From: a virus | DNA: 18,524 bases | Reading direction: 5' to 3' (one strand) | Virus genome (UHGV): UHGV-0203747 | Part shown: positions 8,118-17,375 of the stretch, in pieces | Layout of the letters: each line of letters opens with the position of its first letter | Position numbering within the stretch: the first letter of the stretch is position 1 | Notes under the pieces: generated by a model | What the model saw: only the letters and a program-made list of their open reading frames with translations | Told to the model about the DNA's origin: nothing | Database searches by the model: none | Made by a program: the position numbers and the translations under genes

Positions 8118-8965
8118 TACTGCTCCGCGATTATCTTGATGGTTGTGGCAGTAAACGCCGCACCATTTGACTGAATGGTTAACGTACTGCCATTTGTGGC
8201 AAGAAATCCGTCTTTATCCACGCTGAAGAACGTAGCTAACAGGATGTTATCGGTTGTTGTCGCCGCATTACGACTGCTGACCAACGTGTCAGGAACAGAG
8301 CCGGAAAAGGTTAGCTGCATTGATCTGTTGGCGGTTCCGCTGGGCCATGTCCCGACAATCGACAGCTTGAAGAGCAAGGTTTTGTTCTCGTTGAACACAA
8401 CCATCTTGTTGTTAACGGTGTCGAAGAATGGTGCCAACGTCCCGGATGACGGCGTGAGCGTTTTCAGCAGGCTAACAAGGTTGGTCGGCGCTGTCGGGAT
8501 GGTTACAGATACGCCAGAGTAAACAACCTCTGACTTCTTGCGAGTAGTGGCATACTCCAGAGCATCGATGCGCGTTTCATGGTCTGAAACCTGCGATTCC
8601 AGCGACTGAACTCTGGTATCAAGCGACGCAATATCGCTTTCATTCTGAGCTATTCGTGTTTCATGTTCCTGAAGAGTTGATTCTGCCTGGCTAATTCGCT
8701 CCTCATGATTAACAAGCGTTGCTTCCGCAGCAGAAATTCGCTGCTCATGGTCAGCGAGAATCACATCCTGCTCATCGTTCCTGACCTGTGCATCATAAGC
8801 GCCCTGTCCGGCCTCGTTGGCCTTGTTAGCCACGTTACCAACATCAGTGCCCTGTGCGATAACGTAAAGCAGATACGACTGCGAGAAGATATTGCGTGGA
8901 AGGACTGATGTGTCGAGCCGTGTAGCCTGAATGATTACCGGCACATTGAGATTCGAATCAGCCAT
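8117..8965 (-). CDS. Tail needle (P22 gp26-like) with extended coiled coil and C-terminal knob domain (Sf6 type)
   Basis: 282-aa ORF, ATG at 8965..8963. N-terminus [43 protein letters not shown] closely matches the P22 gp26 N-terminus as recalled. Residues ~70-130 carry 14-residue periodic repeats (DHEQRIS / NHEERIS / EHETRIA / DHETRID). The extra ~50 C-terminal residues relative to P22 gp26 (233 aa) are consistent with an Sf6-type knob. Confidence 0.85.
8570..8760 (-). repeat. In-frame ~42-bp periodic repeats inside the tail-needle gene, encoding the trimeric coiled-coil heptad pairs
   Basis: Plus-strand motif tcatg recurs at 8661, 8703 and 8745 (42-bp spacing) and near 8578, each within similar flanks (cgtgtttcatgttcctgaag, cgctcctcatgattaacaag, cgctgctcatggtcagcgag). 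Coding repeat, not an independent element. Boundaries are approximate. Confidence 0.5.
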
Positions 8966-10383
8966 TACTCAATCCTTATCTGGCAGCCAGAAAGAGTGAC
9001 AGGTGACTTCGTGATAACGCGCAATTTGAAGCCAATGTTTTTCCTGATGCGCCCGACACGCTTCCACAAAACACGCTTGTCGTAAACGAACGGTTCATTC
9101 TGCTCAATCATCTGCTCACGCCCGTAATTGATTCCGTCAGTGGTTGCAGATAGGAACAGGCGATCGGCGTACTGAGCTACGCCAGTGGATGATTCCACCT
9201 CCAGATCGAAGCATCTGGCGTTATCCGCTTTGAACAGTGGAGTAAACAGCAGGTGTTCCTGTTGAAGCCCATACTGGCTGCTGATATCGAACTGCAATTT
9301 GCCGGTAACCGATTCCAGCTTATCGCCGCACGTTATCTGATTGCCTTCGTAAATGAAGTCGATAGCGCGGTACACATCGTCATACAAGCCAGTTTTCAAC
9401 ACACACCATTGCGGACCATTGGCGCTTGAAGATGCGTCGTACACGAGGACGTGGCGCGGAAGGTGGATAATCAGCAACTCATGAGCATCAAATCGTAGAG
9501 ACTCCATCACGCCATCAGCCAGTTCATCAGCAGTGTAGGAGCGGAGGATTTTCTCAATGCTCGCGCTGGCGATTGGTGATACCTGACCGGAGCCGATGAT
9601 GTAAACAGACGGCGCACCTGTTGCCGGATTGCTGATGAACGCATAAGAATCAGCGAATGGCGTTTTGCAGTAAGTCCCGGCAATGCCTTTCTGCACCATA
9701 AGAGATGGCTGTGCGACATACAAAGCAGCACCAACGGTGGTTGCCCCCGTCAGGGAGAAATATTCAATCGTTGATGAACCAAAGCAGACAATGAAGTCTC
9801 GCCATGTTCCGATGCCGATGATACCGTCAGGCTGAGACTCGGCACGATATTGTGCGCTGTATCGGTCAGGATGTGATTCGTCTTCAAGGTCAGTGATAAA
9901 CCATGAATCAGTGCCGTCTTTTGACCACGCATAACGCCCACGTAAGCGTGTAATGTCGCGGACTGAACCTAACTCATACTGCGTGAATCCGCTGTCTGTA
10001 GGCCAGTTTGAGACGGTTTTAACCGTACCATCATAGCGATACTCGACCAGTTGACCATTAACGCCTACAGCCTGTGATGTCCGACCATGTGCCATTGATA
10101 CGCGACCACTTCCGGCAACGTCACCGACTTCACTTTCGCCTTTGTAGAGCTTGCCACCACACACGCGATAAACAGCATTCTGCGCCATGTTGTACTCGAC
10201 ACCGCGCGATACACCATTCACATCAGAGCGTTTGGCAATGCCCGGGAATGAGCGAAGATATCCGCTGCTGTTGAGGATTTCTTTGGGTGTAGCCAGCATA
10301 TTCACTGGCAGATAGTCGATATAGTCGGCGTTTCGAAAGTCTTTGCCGACACCTTTCATAAGCGGAAGTTGCTGAATCGGCAT
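8965..10383 (-). CDS. Tail accessory factor / tail hub protein, P22 gp10-like
   Basis: 472-aa ORF (P22 gp10 is also ~472 aa), ATG at 10383..10381 with strong SD GAGGTGA 4 nt upstream. Syntenic between the gp4-like and needle genes. Confidence 0.8.
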   Translation of the reverse strand: MPIQQLPLMKGVGKDFRNADYIDYLPVNMLATPKEILNSSGYLRSFPGIAKRSDVNGVSRGVEYNMAQNAVYRVCGGKLYKGESEVGDVAGSGRVSMAHGRTSQAVGVNGQLVEYRYDGTVKTVSNWPTDSGFTQYELGSVRDITRLRGRYAWSKDGTDSWFITDLEDESHPDRYSAQYRAESQPDGIIGIGTWRDFIVCFGSSTIEYFSLTGATTVGAALYVAQPSLMVQKGIAGTYCKTPFADSYAFISNPATGAPSVYIIGSGQVSPIASASIEKILRSYTADELADGVMESLRFDAHELLIIHLPRHVLVYDASSSANGPQWCVLKTGLYDDVYRAIDFIYEGNQITCGDKLESVTGKLQFDISSQYGLQQEHLLFTPLFKADNARCFDLEVESSTGVAQYADRLFLSATTDGINYGREQMIEQNEPFVYDKRVLWKRVGRIRKNIGFKLRVITKSPVTLSGCQIRIE

Positions 10384-10392
10384 TTATTCACC

Positions 10393-10854
10393 TCACGTAC
10401 TCGGATCATCTTTCTCGATGTAAAACCGATTCCACGTAAACGCGCTTTTGTTACCACTACCGCGAGGCATGTCATTTCGCCGCTCAAGTGGTGGTATTTT
10501 GGTTAAAGCGATGCAAATTGTCTGGTATGCACTGTCAGCAGCGGTAAGGAGAGCGTCTGACGGCTGAATGACGTTATCCATGCACACTTGCACAGCGAGT
10601 TTCAAGGCGACGCCATCATTTGCCCATGCAGGGATACCTGAATCATCGTCAGGTAACGGCATGATGCCGTTTTCTGTATCAGCAAACTGATATCCAAGCT
10701 CGATACCTTTAGCCTGCCATGCTGCCATCATGTCTTCGAGGTCATTAATGGCATCTTCAATTGCCTGAGGGTCAGCATCTGTCAACGTGGCATTGGAATA
10801 CAGCCCGGCTTTTCGTAAAGCCTTAAGAACGAGATCACCCTTCGTTTTCGCCAT
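10393..10854 (-). CDS. Tail accessory / head-completion factor, P22 gp4-like
   Basis: 153-aa ORF, ATG at 10854..10852. N-terminus MAKTKGDLVLKALRKAG...TLTDADPQAIEDAINDLEDMMAAW resembles the P22 gp4 N-terminus as recalled (..KTKGDLV...ATLTD..P...DA.DDLEAMMAEW). Confidence 0.8.
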   Translation of the reverse strand: MAKTKGDLVLKALRKAGLYSNATLTDADPQAIEDAINDLEDMMAAWQAKGIELGYQFADTENGIMPLPDDDSGIPAWANDGVALKLAVQVCMDNVIQPSDALLTAADSAYQTICIALTKIPPLERRNDMPRGSGNKSAFTWNRFYIEKDDPST

Positions 10855-11023
10855 CTTCTTCCGCCTTAGCCACTTTATGCTTCGTTGCGGTTTCTTCAGG
10901 AGTTTTTACCCAGCCTTTTTTCAGGTGAGATTTAACTTCTTCGTCATCAACAATGATGTAATCGACAGCAAACTGACCGCAGGTGATCATGTTGCCAGGC
11001 TTATAGAGCATTGTTCGTGCCAT
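10835..11023 (-). CDS. Small hypothetical protein (62 aa from the ATG; lysine/glutamate-rich C-terminus)
   Basis: ATG at 11023..11021 with SD GGAG 8 nt upstream, placed immediately after the coat terminator. The track's longer 75-aa version starts at a TTG (11062) and would have to be translated through the terminator stem, so I prefer the ATG. Overlaps the gp4-like start by ~20 nt. P22-like genomes carry a small ORF at this position. Confidence 0.45.
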   Translation of the reverse strand: MARTMLYKPGNMITCGQFAVDYIIVDDEEVKSHLKKGWVKTPEETATKHKVAKAEEDGENEG

Positions 11024-11034
11024 TGTCTTCTCCC

Positions 11035-11058
11035 AATAAAAATGGGGCCGAAGCCCCA
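11035..11058 (-). terminator. Rho-independent terminator immediately downstream of the coat gene (probably partial, attenuating read-through)
   Basis: Minus-strand RNA reads UGGGGC-UUCG-GCCCCA (plus 11043-11058): a 6-bp GC-rich stem with a UUCG tetraloop, followed by UUUUUAUU (complement of 11035-11042). It starts 6 nt after the coat stop (11065-11067). Confidence 0.6.
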
Positions 11059-11064
11059 CCAAAA

Positions 11065-12318
11065 TTACTGCCCGGCAATAACGATGCCCGTATATTCAGG
11101 AACCAGTACAGAGCAACCGTACAGAGTGGTGAAACGCGCAGTGGTTACACCTTTGATGTGGTCGAAGGCGTAAGACATGATCAGCGTAGCGCCCTGCTCG
11201 GTGGTTGCTGTCATTACCTGTGGACCCTGACCAGTCGGGAACGCCAGTTTGCCGTACATCAGCTCAACAGAACCATCAGCCCAGAACAGGTTAGCAGGTG
11301 CTGCGTTCTTGTTGAGAATGGTGATTGCTGCTGATGCTGCCGGCTTGGCATCGACGTTTGCATATGGACGACTCGCAACATCGGCATTTTCAACAGGGAG
11401 AATCTTTGGAGAGATTGTTACGGTAGTTCCGCTAACAGCCAGAACACGGAATACCTGCGGTTGCCCGGTGGTATCTTTTGTGATCTGGTGTACGGAATTC
11501 ACACCGGCAATGGTGAACGCATCACCAACCTGCAAGCCAGATGCAGATACCGTAATAGTCCCCTGTCGGTTATCAACTGGCATACCATTTGAATCTTTCG
11601 CTTCAACCTTGTGTTCAGGTTGGCCTGATACCGTCAAGGATTCAGCGCTTCCTTTCGGTAATCGACCAGAAATATCGGTCTTGTAGCTATCAAAGGAAGC
11701 AACCGGAGGGATCTGCGCTTTTTCGTATGCTGTCAGGGTTGCGCCCTGAGCATAGGCACGGTGACCAAGCTCGCCAGCAAGATCTTTGTAGTTGAAGGGG
11801 TTCCAGAAAGAGCGACGGTTGATACCCTGAGGTACACCAATCGCCGTCATGGTGGCATCAATGCCTGCCGCACAGTTCCACAAATCACGGCCCTGTGTAC
11901 CTGTGGTTGAGTCAGCCATCGTGATCACGTTAGTAGCACGCTGCGTGACCATGGAAATCAGGTCAGAGTCAATCTGTGCAGCAAGGCGCATACCTGCGGC
12001 GCGACCAGCTTCAGTTTTATGTTCCGGGTCACGCATTTCACGCGCATCCAGAGTGTACAGAATGTTTTTCGGCTCCTTGAACACAGAAGGAACAAGGCGC
12101 TGAACCAGTGCTGTTGGCGTTTTGCCGCTGAGGTCTAGGCCTTCCTCAATGTTCATGTGGTAATGCTGCGGACGATACAGAACATCACCTGCTCGCTGCA
12201 TTGCTGTATCACCGGGACGGAATTTTTTAGCGTTACGGGAAACTACGCAGGCGGCCTCAAAGCCTTCAACGTAGTTTTCGAACATGATTTCAAGGTCTTT
12301 TGCTAATTGGTTAGCCAT
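11065..12318 (-). CDS. Major capsid (coat) protein, P22 gp5-like
   Basis: 417-aa ORF, ATG at 12318..12316, SD GGAG ~10 nt upstream. Syntenic after the scaffold gene. Several segments resemble P22 coat as recalled (WNPFNYKDLAGEL vs FNPQDYKKAGYDL; NLFWADGSVELM vs NVFWADDAIRIV). Followed by a strong terminator, as expected for the most abundant virion protein. Confidence 0.9.
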   Translation of the reverse strand: MANQLAKDLEIMFENYVEGFEAACVVSRNAKKFRPGDTAMQRAGDVLYRPQHYHMNIEEGLDLSGKTPTALVQRLVPSVFKEPKNILYTLDAREMRDPEHKTEAGRAAGMRLAAQIDSDLISMVTQRATNVITMADSTTGTQGRDLWNCAAGIDATMTAIGVPQGINRRSFWNPFNYKDLAGELGHRAYAQGATLTAYEKAQIPPVASFDSYKTDISGRLPKGSAESLTVSGQPEHKVEAKDSNGMPVDNRQGTITVSASGLQVGDAFTIAGVNSVHQITKDTTGQPQVFRVLAVSGTTVTISPKILPVENADVASRPYANVDAKPAASAAITILNKNAAPANLFWADGSVELMYGKLAFPTGQGPQVMTATTEQGATLIMSYAFDHIKGVTTARFTTLYGCSVLVPEYTGIVIAGQ

Positions 12319-12336
12319 GCTTAATGCTCCGATAGG

Positions 12337-13230
12337 TTATTTTTTTGCCTTTTTAGCGGCGAAATACGGCGTCCAGTCACCAGTTTCCAGCGCCTTGGCT
12401 TTCAGTTTGTCGAGGTTATTGATTACTGCGCCGTTGCTCCCCTTAACTGTCGGGGTTGTGGCTGCCGTGGTTTTTGCTTTTGGCATGATTCTGGCCTTCG
12501 ATTCGATACGTTCCAGCAGACGACCAATTGCTACGGGGTTGGTAGCTTCTGCCAGTTGCTTGCGCAGTTCAGCGTTGCGACCGAGCGCCAGAACAACGAT
12601 TTCCGGCTTCTCTGACTCAAACAGGATCGCGTTTTGTGTCTCGATGGGGATTTCCTCGAGTACGGCCTGCTCAGCTTCCTGATAGCCAGGAACTTTGAGA
12701 GCCTTAACACGTTGCTGATATTTGGATAATCGCTCTTGATAGGCAGCCTGAAGCTCCTGCTCCTTCTGCTTGCGAGCCATCTCCTGTTGCTGGTACTTGC
12801 CGTTATCCTCTGCCCACTTAGCCATGCGTTGCTGGTAGATTTCTTCATCGAAACCGATGTCCTCATCATCCAGTTTTGGCATTCGCGGTGGTTGAGTGAT
12901 TACCGGCTGCTGCTCGACGGGTTTCTGAGACTGACGCATCAGCTCTTTCAGCTCGCGATCTTTCTCTTTAATCGTCTTGCGCAGGTGTTTTACCAGTCCA
13001 TGCTCTGCGCTATCTTCGCTGGTTGGCGAATCCAGCTTTTCGTCACCAAAGTAGAATTCCTGTTCTGATTCGTCGTCATCAGTTTCAGTAGCTTCCTCTG
13101 CATCATTGCCAGAGGACTCACTGCCATCTTCTGTTTCGACTTCTTCAGCCAGTTCGACATCATCAGGAATCTGCTCTGACGCGTCGGTTTCGATTTCAAC
13201 TTCTGGTGTGTTTTCTGCCATCTGGTCCAT
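12337..13230 (-). CDS. Scaffolding protein, P22 gp8-like
   Basis: 297-aa ORF, ATG at 13230..13228 (alternative in-frame ATG at 13221). Lies between portal and coat. Long charged helical middle region and a basic C-terminal helix-turn-helix-like tail (..DKLKAKALETGDWTPYFAAKKAKK) comparable to the coat-binding end of P22 gp8. The first ~70 residues are extremely acidic. Confidence 0.85.
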   Translation of the reverse strand: MDQMAENTPEVEIETDASEQIPDDVELAEEVETEDGSESSGNDAEEATETDDDESEQEFYFGDEKLDSPTSEDSAEHGLVKHLRKTIKEKDRELKELMRQSQKPVEQQPVITQPPRMPKLDDEDIGFDEEIYQQRMAKWAEDNGKYQQQEMARKQKEQELQAAYQERLSKYQQRVKALKVPGYQEAEQAVLEEIPIETQNAILFESEKPEIVVLALGRNAELRKQLAEATNPVAIGRLLERIESKARIMPKAKTTAATTPTVKGSNGAVINNLDKLKAKALETGDWTPYFAAKKAKK

Positions 13231-13320
13231 TTGTTACCCCTGTTTACTCGATGTTCAGCCCATCGGAAGGCAATAGGGTGCCAGGCCTCATAAAGACAGC
13301 CATTGCACGTTATGGGTTAA

Positions 13321-15519
13321 TTACTGCTGTGGTTGTTGCCGGGTTGATTTTTGCAGGATGCTGCTGATGTCCATGCGCTGCGCATGGCCCTGTGCCTGAC
13401 TTTTCAGGACAAGCTCTGCATCAGCACGGGCATTGTCTCCTTGCTGTTGCTGGAACTGTCCGAGCAGTTTCAGAGCCTCGCGGATATCAGATTTCTGCTG
13501 GCTATCGGCAGATGCGAGTATTTTCACAACATTTGCCGCTGCAACCTGAGCATCAGTCTGTGCCTGGAATGCTTTAACCTGAATGGCTGCCTGTTCGTTC
13601 TGCGCTTTCTGCAATTCAGCCTGACCAGCAAGAAGCTGACCTTGCGCTGCAACCATAGCCGGATCTGGCTGACTGGCCTGTTGTTGTTTCGCCTGTTCAA
13701 CCATCTGCTGCTCTTCAGGCGTTCTCGGCTTGATAACGCCAGACAGAAGCAACTGATTGCGGTTGTATTCTTTCAGGTCGTCCATCCCTTCGCCGTCCAT
13801 ATTGTCGAGAATCATCGACGATACAAGGTCGTGCTTCGGAGTTCCTGGTGGGATAAGTGCCAGCATGGAAAGTAACGACTTAACCGTTGCATCACGGCGA
13901 GTAGCGAACGACTGGCCAACATCGACAGTCACTTCATAGTTACCCTGCGAAAGGTCATTAAGCGCGATAACCTGCCCTGTCTGACGGTCAACCACTTCAC
14001 CAGTCATCAGCGCCACGTCATCGCTGCCGTCCTCATTAACGATACGCATCGGCGTATCACTGCCATAGACTTCACGAGCCATAGAAAGCCACACGACGCC
14101 AGCACGGCGCATGGATTTAGCCATGTTGTCCATGTAGATATAGGACTGCGTGTCCATCCGGTTAAAGATGCTATCAACGGTATCGGTAGCGACGTTGCTC
14201 GGCATGTTCTCAAGCTGCGACGCACCTGTAATTTGCTGAATAGCCGTTCCGGTGTACTGCAATAGCCCGGCAAGAGCAGGAGGCATTTGTGTCGGAGGTG
14301 TCCAGCCAGCAACCTGAGCCTCTGAAATGACCGTTCCGTTTTTGTCCTTCTTGCTGGTCATGGGAAGAACTGCAGGTCTTTTCTTATTCCTCTCTGCCCA
14401 GTGATTCATTAATGGGCCGGGAATGAAATCAACATCCACGATAGGAATGCCATCACCGCCAGCCTGAGTAGCGTTATCTGCAATCATGGAAACCATCAGG
14501 TTCTCAAGACGCTGTGCATCCATCGCTTTTGCTGCGTGGCCTTCGATTCGCTCCTGATTATCAACAAATGAGCGACGCCCATATACCGGGATGAGAGGAA
14601 TATGTTCACCCGGAATACGCTTCGGTTCTTCCAGCCATTCAGCGCCAGACAGAAGACCGCAATAAACTCTGCGTTTCTTCACTGTCCTCTCACCGATCAG
14701 CTCGAATGCACCATCGGTTAGCTCGTCAACAATATCTTTGATTTGCTCTTCATCATAGATTGCCGTTTCTCCGCTAACAGGGTTACGCCATGCTGTGAGC
14801 TTCACCTTCTCTATGCGAACTTCGTAGTAGCGTCCAACATAGATGGCATCAGGCGTTGACCAGTCATATTGAGTGCCAGTGTCATCACGAGAAAGGCTTG
14901 CCGCGATGGAATCAGGGTATTCAGCCTCGAACGCTTTAGGCGTCATGGAGAACATTTCCATAGCCCACATAGCATCAGAGCGGTCATATTGCTTGCTGTC
15001 CTGATCGAAGAAGACGCATGTCGCTGGGTCGTAAACAGGAAGAAGGCTGATGCGGCGCTGCTCGTTACTCGGATCCATTTCATCTTCGTAATCGGCACAC
15101 ATGCGGAAACAACCGAATCCGCCCGTTACAGCATCATCAAATGCGTTATCACACGCTTCACCACCGGATGTTTCCTGATAGTCAGCGCGGAATTTGCCGT
15201 TCATCTTTTCGGCTAACGCTTCCGATGCCTTGTCATCCTTCGGCCTGAATTTAACGCTGATGCGATTCTGTCGATACTCGCCAATGATGCGATCACATTC
15301 ACGGGCAATCTTATTCAGTTCAAAACGCGGGTAATGCTCAAACCTGCCCTCATCAAACGAGTAACCAGCGTTTGTGCTACCTTCCCACTGTGCGCCGGAC
15401 ACCCTGACGAAACGTTTAGCCTCAATAATCTGCTCACGCATATCCTGCGTTGCTGACCAGGCATTATCAAAGTTGCACAGCACCTTGCGATGCCAGTCAG
15501 CCATCTTTTTTTCTGCCAT
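13321..15519 (-). CDS. Portal protein, P22 gp1-like
   Basis: 732-aa ORF, ATG at 15519..15517, 1 nt after the large-terminase stop. Immediately downstream of the terminase genes. C-terminal region (PEEQQ...PDPAMVAAQGQLLAGQAELQKAQNEQ...RADAELVLKSQAQGHAQRMDI) closely parallels the P22 portal C-terminal barrel as recalled. Confidence 0.9.
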   Translation of the reverse strand: MAEKKMADWHRKVLCNFDNAWSATQDMREQIIEAKRFVRVSGAQWEGSTNAGYSFDEGRFEHYPRFELNKIARECDRIIGEYRQNRISVKFRPKDDKASEALAEKMNGKFRADYQETSGGEACDNAFDDAVTGGFGCFRMCADYEDEMDPSNEQRRISLLPVYDPATCVFFDQDSKQYDRSDAMWAMEMFSMTPKAFEAEYPDSIAASLSRDDTGTQYDWSTPDAIYVGRYYEVRIEKVKLTAWRNPVSGETAIYDEEQIKDIVDELTDGAFELIGERTVKKRRVYCGLLSGAEWLEEPKRIPGEHIPLIPVYGRRSFVDNQERIEGHAAKAMDAQRLENLMVSMIADNATQAGGDGIPIVDVDFIPGPLMNHWAERNKKRPAVLPMTSKKDKNGTVISEAQVAGWTPPTQMPPALAGLLQYTGTAIQQITGASQLENMPSNVATDTVDSIFNRMDTQSYIYMDNMAKSMRRAGVVWLSMAREVYGSDTPMRIVNEDGSDDVALMTGEVVDRQTGQVIALNDLSQGNYEVTVDVGQSFATRRDATVKSLLSMLALIPPGTPKHDLVSSMILDNMDGEGMDDLKEYNRNQLLLSGVIKPRTPEEQQMVEQAKQQQASQPDPAMVAAQGQLLAGQAELQKAQNEQAAIQVKAFQAQTDAQVAAANVVKILASADSQQKSDIREALKLLGQFQQQQGDNARADAELVLKSQAQGHAQRMDISSILQKSTRQQPQQ

Positions 15520-15520
15520 A

Positions 15521-16936
15521 TCAACCTACACCACAAGGAATTGAGTAACTGGAATAGTCGGGTTGCGCAGCCGACTCCGGGCAATGCATACACATCATCA
15601 GCGCATCAGCCAGGTTAGGAGATGGAATACCGAGCTTCTGCTTCATTTCGACCTTAGTCATTAGCTCCAGCTTCCCGTTGTTATTGAATTTGCGCTGAAT
15701 CTGCGTCAGTTCTGCAAACAGCTTCTCCAGCATCTTCTCGCCTATCGCTTCTTTGTCGAAACTCAGCATGTCGTCGGGGTCTGCATACTCACCGTAGACA
15801 ACCGCCCGATATGTCAGATACAGCCTGTCAGCCAGCGCGTAATAGAATTGCGCTCGCTTATTGCGGAACACATCGCCAATAGTGCGAACGTTGTCGCCCT
15901 GTACGACTTCATCAGCCCATGCTCCGGCCTGATACGGAGCATCTTCATCGAATGGCGATTCGCTGCCCTTGAACATCGTGGCGGTGATTTTCTTGCCGGA
16001 GAACGCTTCCGTTGTCTGTCTGCGTAGCCCAGCACCAACACCATCACCATCCCACAGGTAGTGGTCAGCGCCGTCTTCAATCGCCAGCGAAGTAGCCCAG
16101 TCAGCACCCTCGTTGATGTCCATCAGCAGACCTTCGGCAATGCGCTTAACTACCGAACCGTGACGCGATGCATAACCTTTAGCATCTGGTCCTGTATCTG
16201 ACGGGTCATGCGCAGAGACAACAGCGCCTTTCGCTTTCCATCCGAGTTTCTTGTGCGCATCGGTTGCGGCTTCAAGCCATTCACGTTTGATGATTGCCAT
16301 ATCACTTGCGCTTACTGGCTCACCAAGCCAGATGTGACGATACAGTGTCGGATTTCTGCGTTTACACTCTTCCATCTCCAGACGGAGAACTTCAGGAAAG
16401 TGCGGGTTGTCGGTGTAGTTCACCGTCAGCAGACAAATATCATCAGGAGGGTTTACGACGAATCGCTGATAGGTATCGTCGAGGATGTTTTTCGGGTTGA
16501 AGCTTACCCATATTTCAGAGAACGGCTTACGGATGGTTGGTATCAGAATATCCCACGATTCCTTCGTTACCGCTTCCGCTTCCTCCACCCAGCAGATATC
16601 AATACCTTCGAGCGATTTAATTTTTGTCGGGTTGTTTTTTATGCCGTAGAACATGAATTCAGCATTCGTTCCGAGATGACGGATCATTGAACGCTGAATT
16701 TCAAACTCAGCCGAATACCCTTCACGCTCGATGGTATCTTCAAGCAAACGGATTACCGAATCGCTGATACTGTTTTGCAGTTCACGAGCGCAGAGAATAC
16801 GCACTGGCTGACGACGCGCCGCTTCAACAAGCAGCCTCGCAATTGCCCATGATTTGCCGCTACCTCGACCGCCTTTGGCGACTTTGTAGCGATGCGCCTC
16901 AATGAACGGTTCAAAGATAGGATTAATCGAGGTCAT
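15521..16936 (-). CDS. Terminase large subunit (ATPase + nuclease)
   Basis: 471-aa ORF, ATG at 16936..16934, overlapping the small-subunit stop as ATGA. Walker A motif GGRGSGKS near the N-terminus; acidic residues consistent with Walker B and the nuclease domain. Size matches Sf6/P22-type large terminases (~470-500 aa). Confidence 0.92.
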   Translation of the reverse strand: MTSINPIFEPFIEAHRYKVAKGGRGSGKSWAIARLLVEAARRQPVRILCARELQNSISDSVIRLLEDTIEREGYSAEFEIQRSMIRHLGTNAEFMFYGIKNNPTKIKSLEGIDICWVEEAEAVTKESWDILIPTIRKPFSEIWVSFNPKNILDDTYQRFVVNPPDDICLLTVNYTDNPHFPEVLRLEMEECKRRNPTLYRHIWLGEPVSASDMAIIKREWLEAATDAHKKLGWKAKGAVVSAHDPSDTGPDAKGYASRHGSVVKRIAEGLLMDINEGADWATSLAIEDGADHYLWDGDGVGAGLRRQTTEAFSGKKITATMFKGSESPFDEDAPYQAGAWADEVVQGDNVRTIGDVFRNKRAQFYYALADRLYLTYRAVVYGEYADPDDMLSFDKEAIGEKMLEKLFAELTQIQRKFNNNGKLELMTKVEMKQKLGIPSPNLADALMMCMHCPESAAQPDYSSYSIPCGVG

Positions 16937-17373
16937 TTTCCGAATAGAGTGCTCATCGGTGATGTTTCAATCTGGATTGCGCCGCCGTCTTTGCCTGTTA
17001 GCTCGTGATCAACCTTGTCGCGCCATTTATCCTTCTGTCGGTTCTTAAGCCAGAAGATGGCGGCGGTTGTATCAGGCGGGTAATACTTCTCAAGCGGAGT
17101 TTCGACAATTCTGTTTTCAATAACACGAATATCGATGTCTGGAGCCACGAAGCCCATAGCGCGTTGATAAAGACGGTCACTAACTTCTGCATCAGCGACG
17201 GCCTTACCCTTTTTTATGGACTCCGAAAACTTAGGATAATCAAGCTTCCACTTGTTAATAGTTGACTCACTGACTTCAAAGAAATCAGCAAGTTCTGCGT
17301 CTGTATAGCCCAGCAAGCACAGTTTGCGTGCCTGTTCGGCATACGCCTCTTGATACTTTGTTGGGCGCGCCAT
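16933..17373 (-). CDS. Terminase small subunit
   Basis: 146-aa ORF, ATG at 17373..17371, SD GGAG 8 nt upstream. Directly upstream of and overlapping the large subunit. N-terminal helix-turn-helix-like segment (LGYTDAELADFFEVSESTINKW). Size and position fit an Sf6 gp1-type small terminase. Confidence 0.85.
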   Translation of the reverse strand: MARPTKYQEAYAEQARKLCLLGYTDAELADFFEVSESTINKWKLDYPKFSESIKKGKAVADAEVSDRLYQRAMGFVAPDIDIRVIENRIVETPLEKYYPPDTTAAIFWLKNRQKDKWRDKVDHELTGKDGGAIQIETSPMSTLFGK

Positions 17374-17375
17374 GT

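Noticed and set aside
10835-11062. 75-aa version of the small ORF after the coat gene (track coordinates)
   Set aside because: Its first codon is TTG and the N-terminal extension would be translated through the terminator stem-loop. The internal ATG at 11023 with a GGAG SD is the more plausible start, and that is what I annotated.
12284-12682. 132-aa plus-strand ORF, and similar plus-strand ORFs at 13351-13875, 14869-15216, 16208-16690, 10787-11173, 11249-11686 and 8175-8522
   Set aside because: All are antisense to well-supported structural genes in G+C-rich DNA, where long chance ORFs are common. None has a convincing SD/ATG pairing or recognisable protein features.
15315-15593. 92-aa minus-strand ORF spanning the terminase-portal junction
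   Set aside because: An out-of-frame overlap of the large terminase 3' end and portal 5' end, both strongly supported. No independent start signal.
17264-17289. Possible pac-like motif inside the small-terminase gene (minus strand GCTGATTTCTTTGAAGTCAGTGA)
   Set aside because: It resembles my recollection of the P22 pac core (GATTT.T.TGA.GTC) at only about half the positions, and my memory of the P22 site is not exact. It falls in the HTH-coding region rather than the position used in P22. Not strong enough to annotate.
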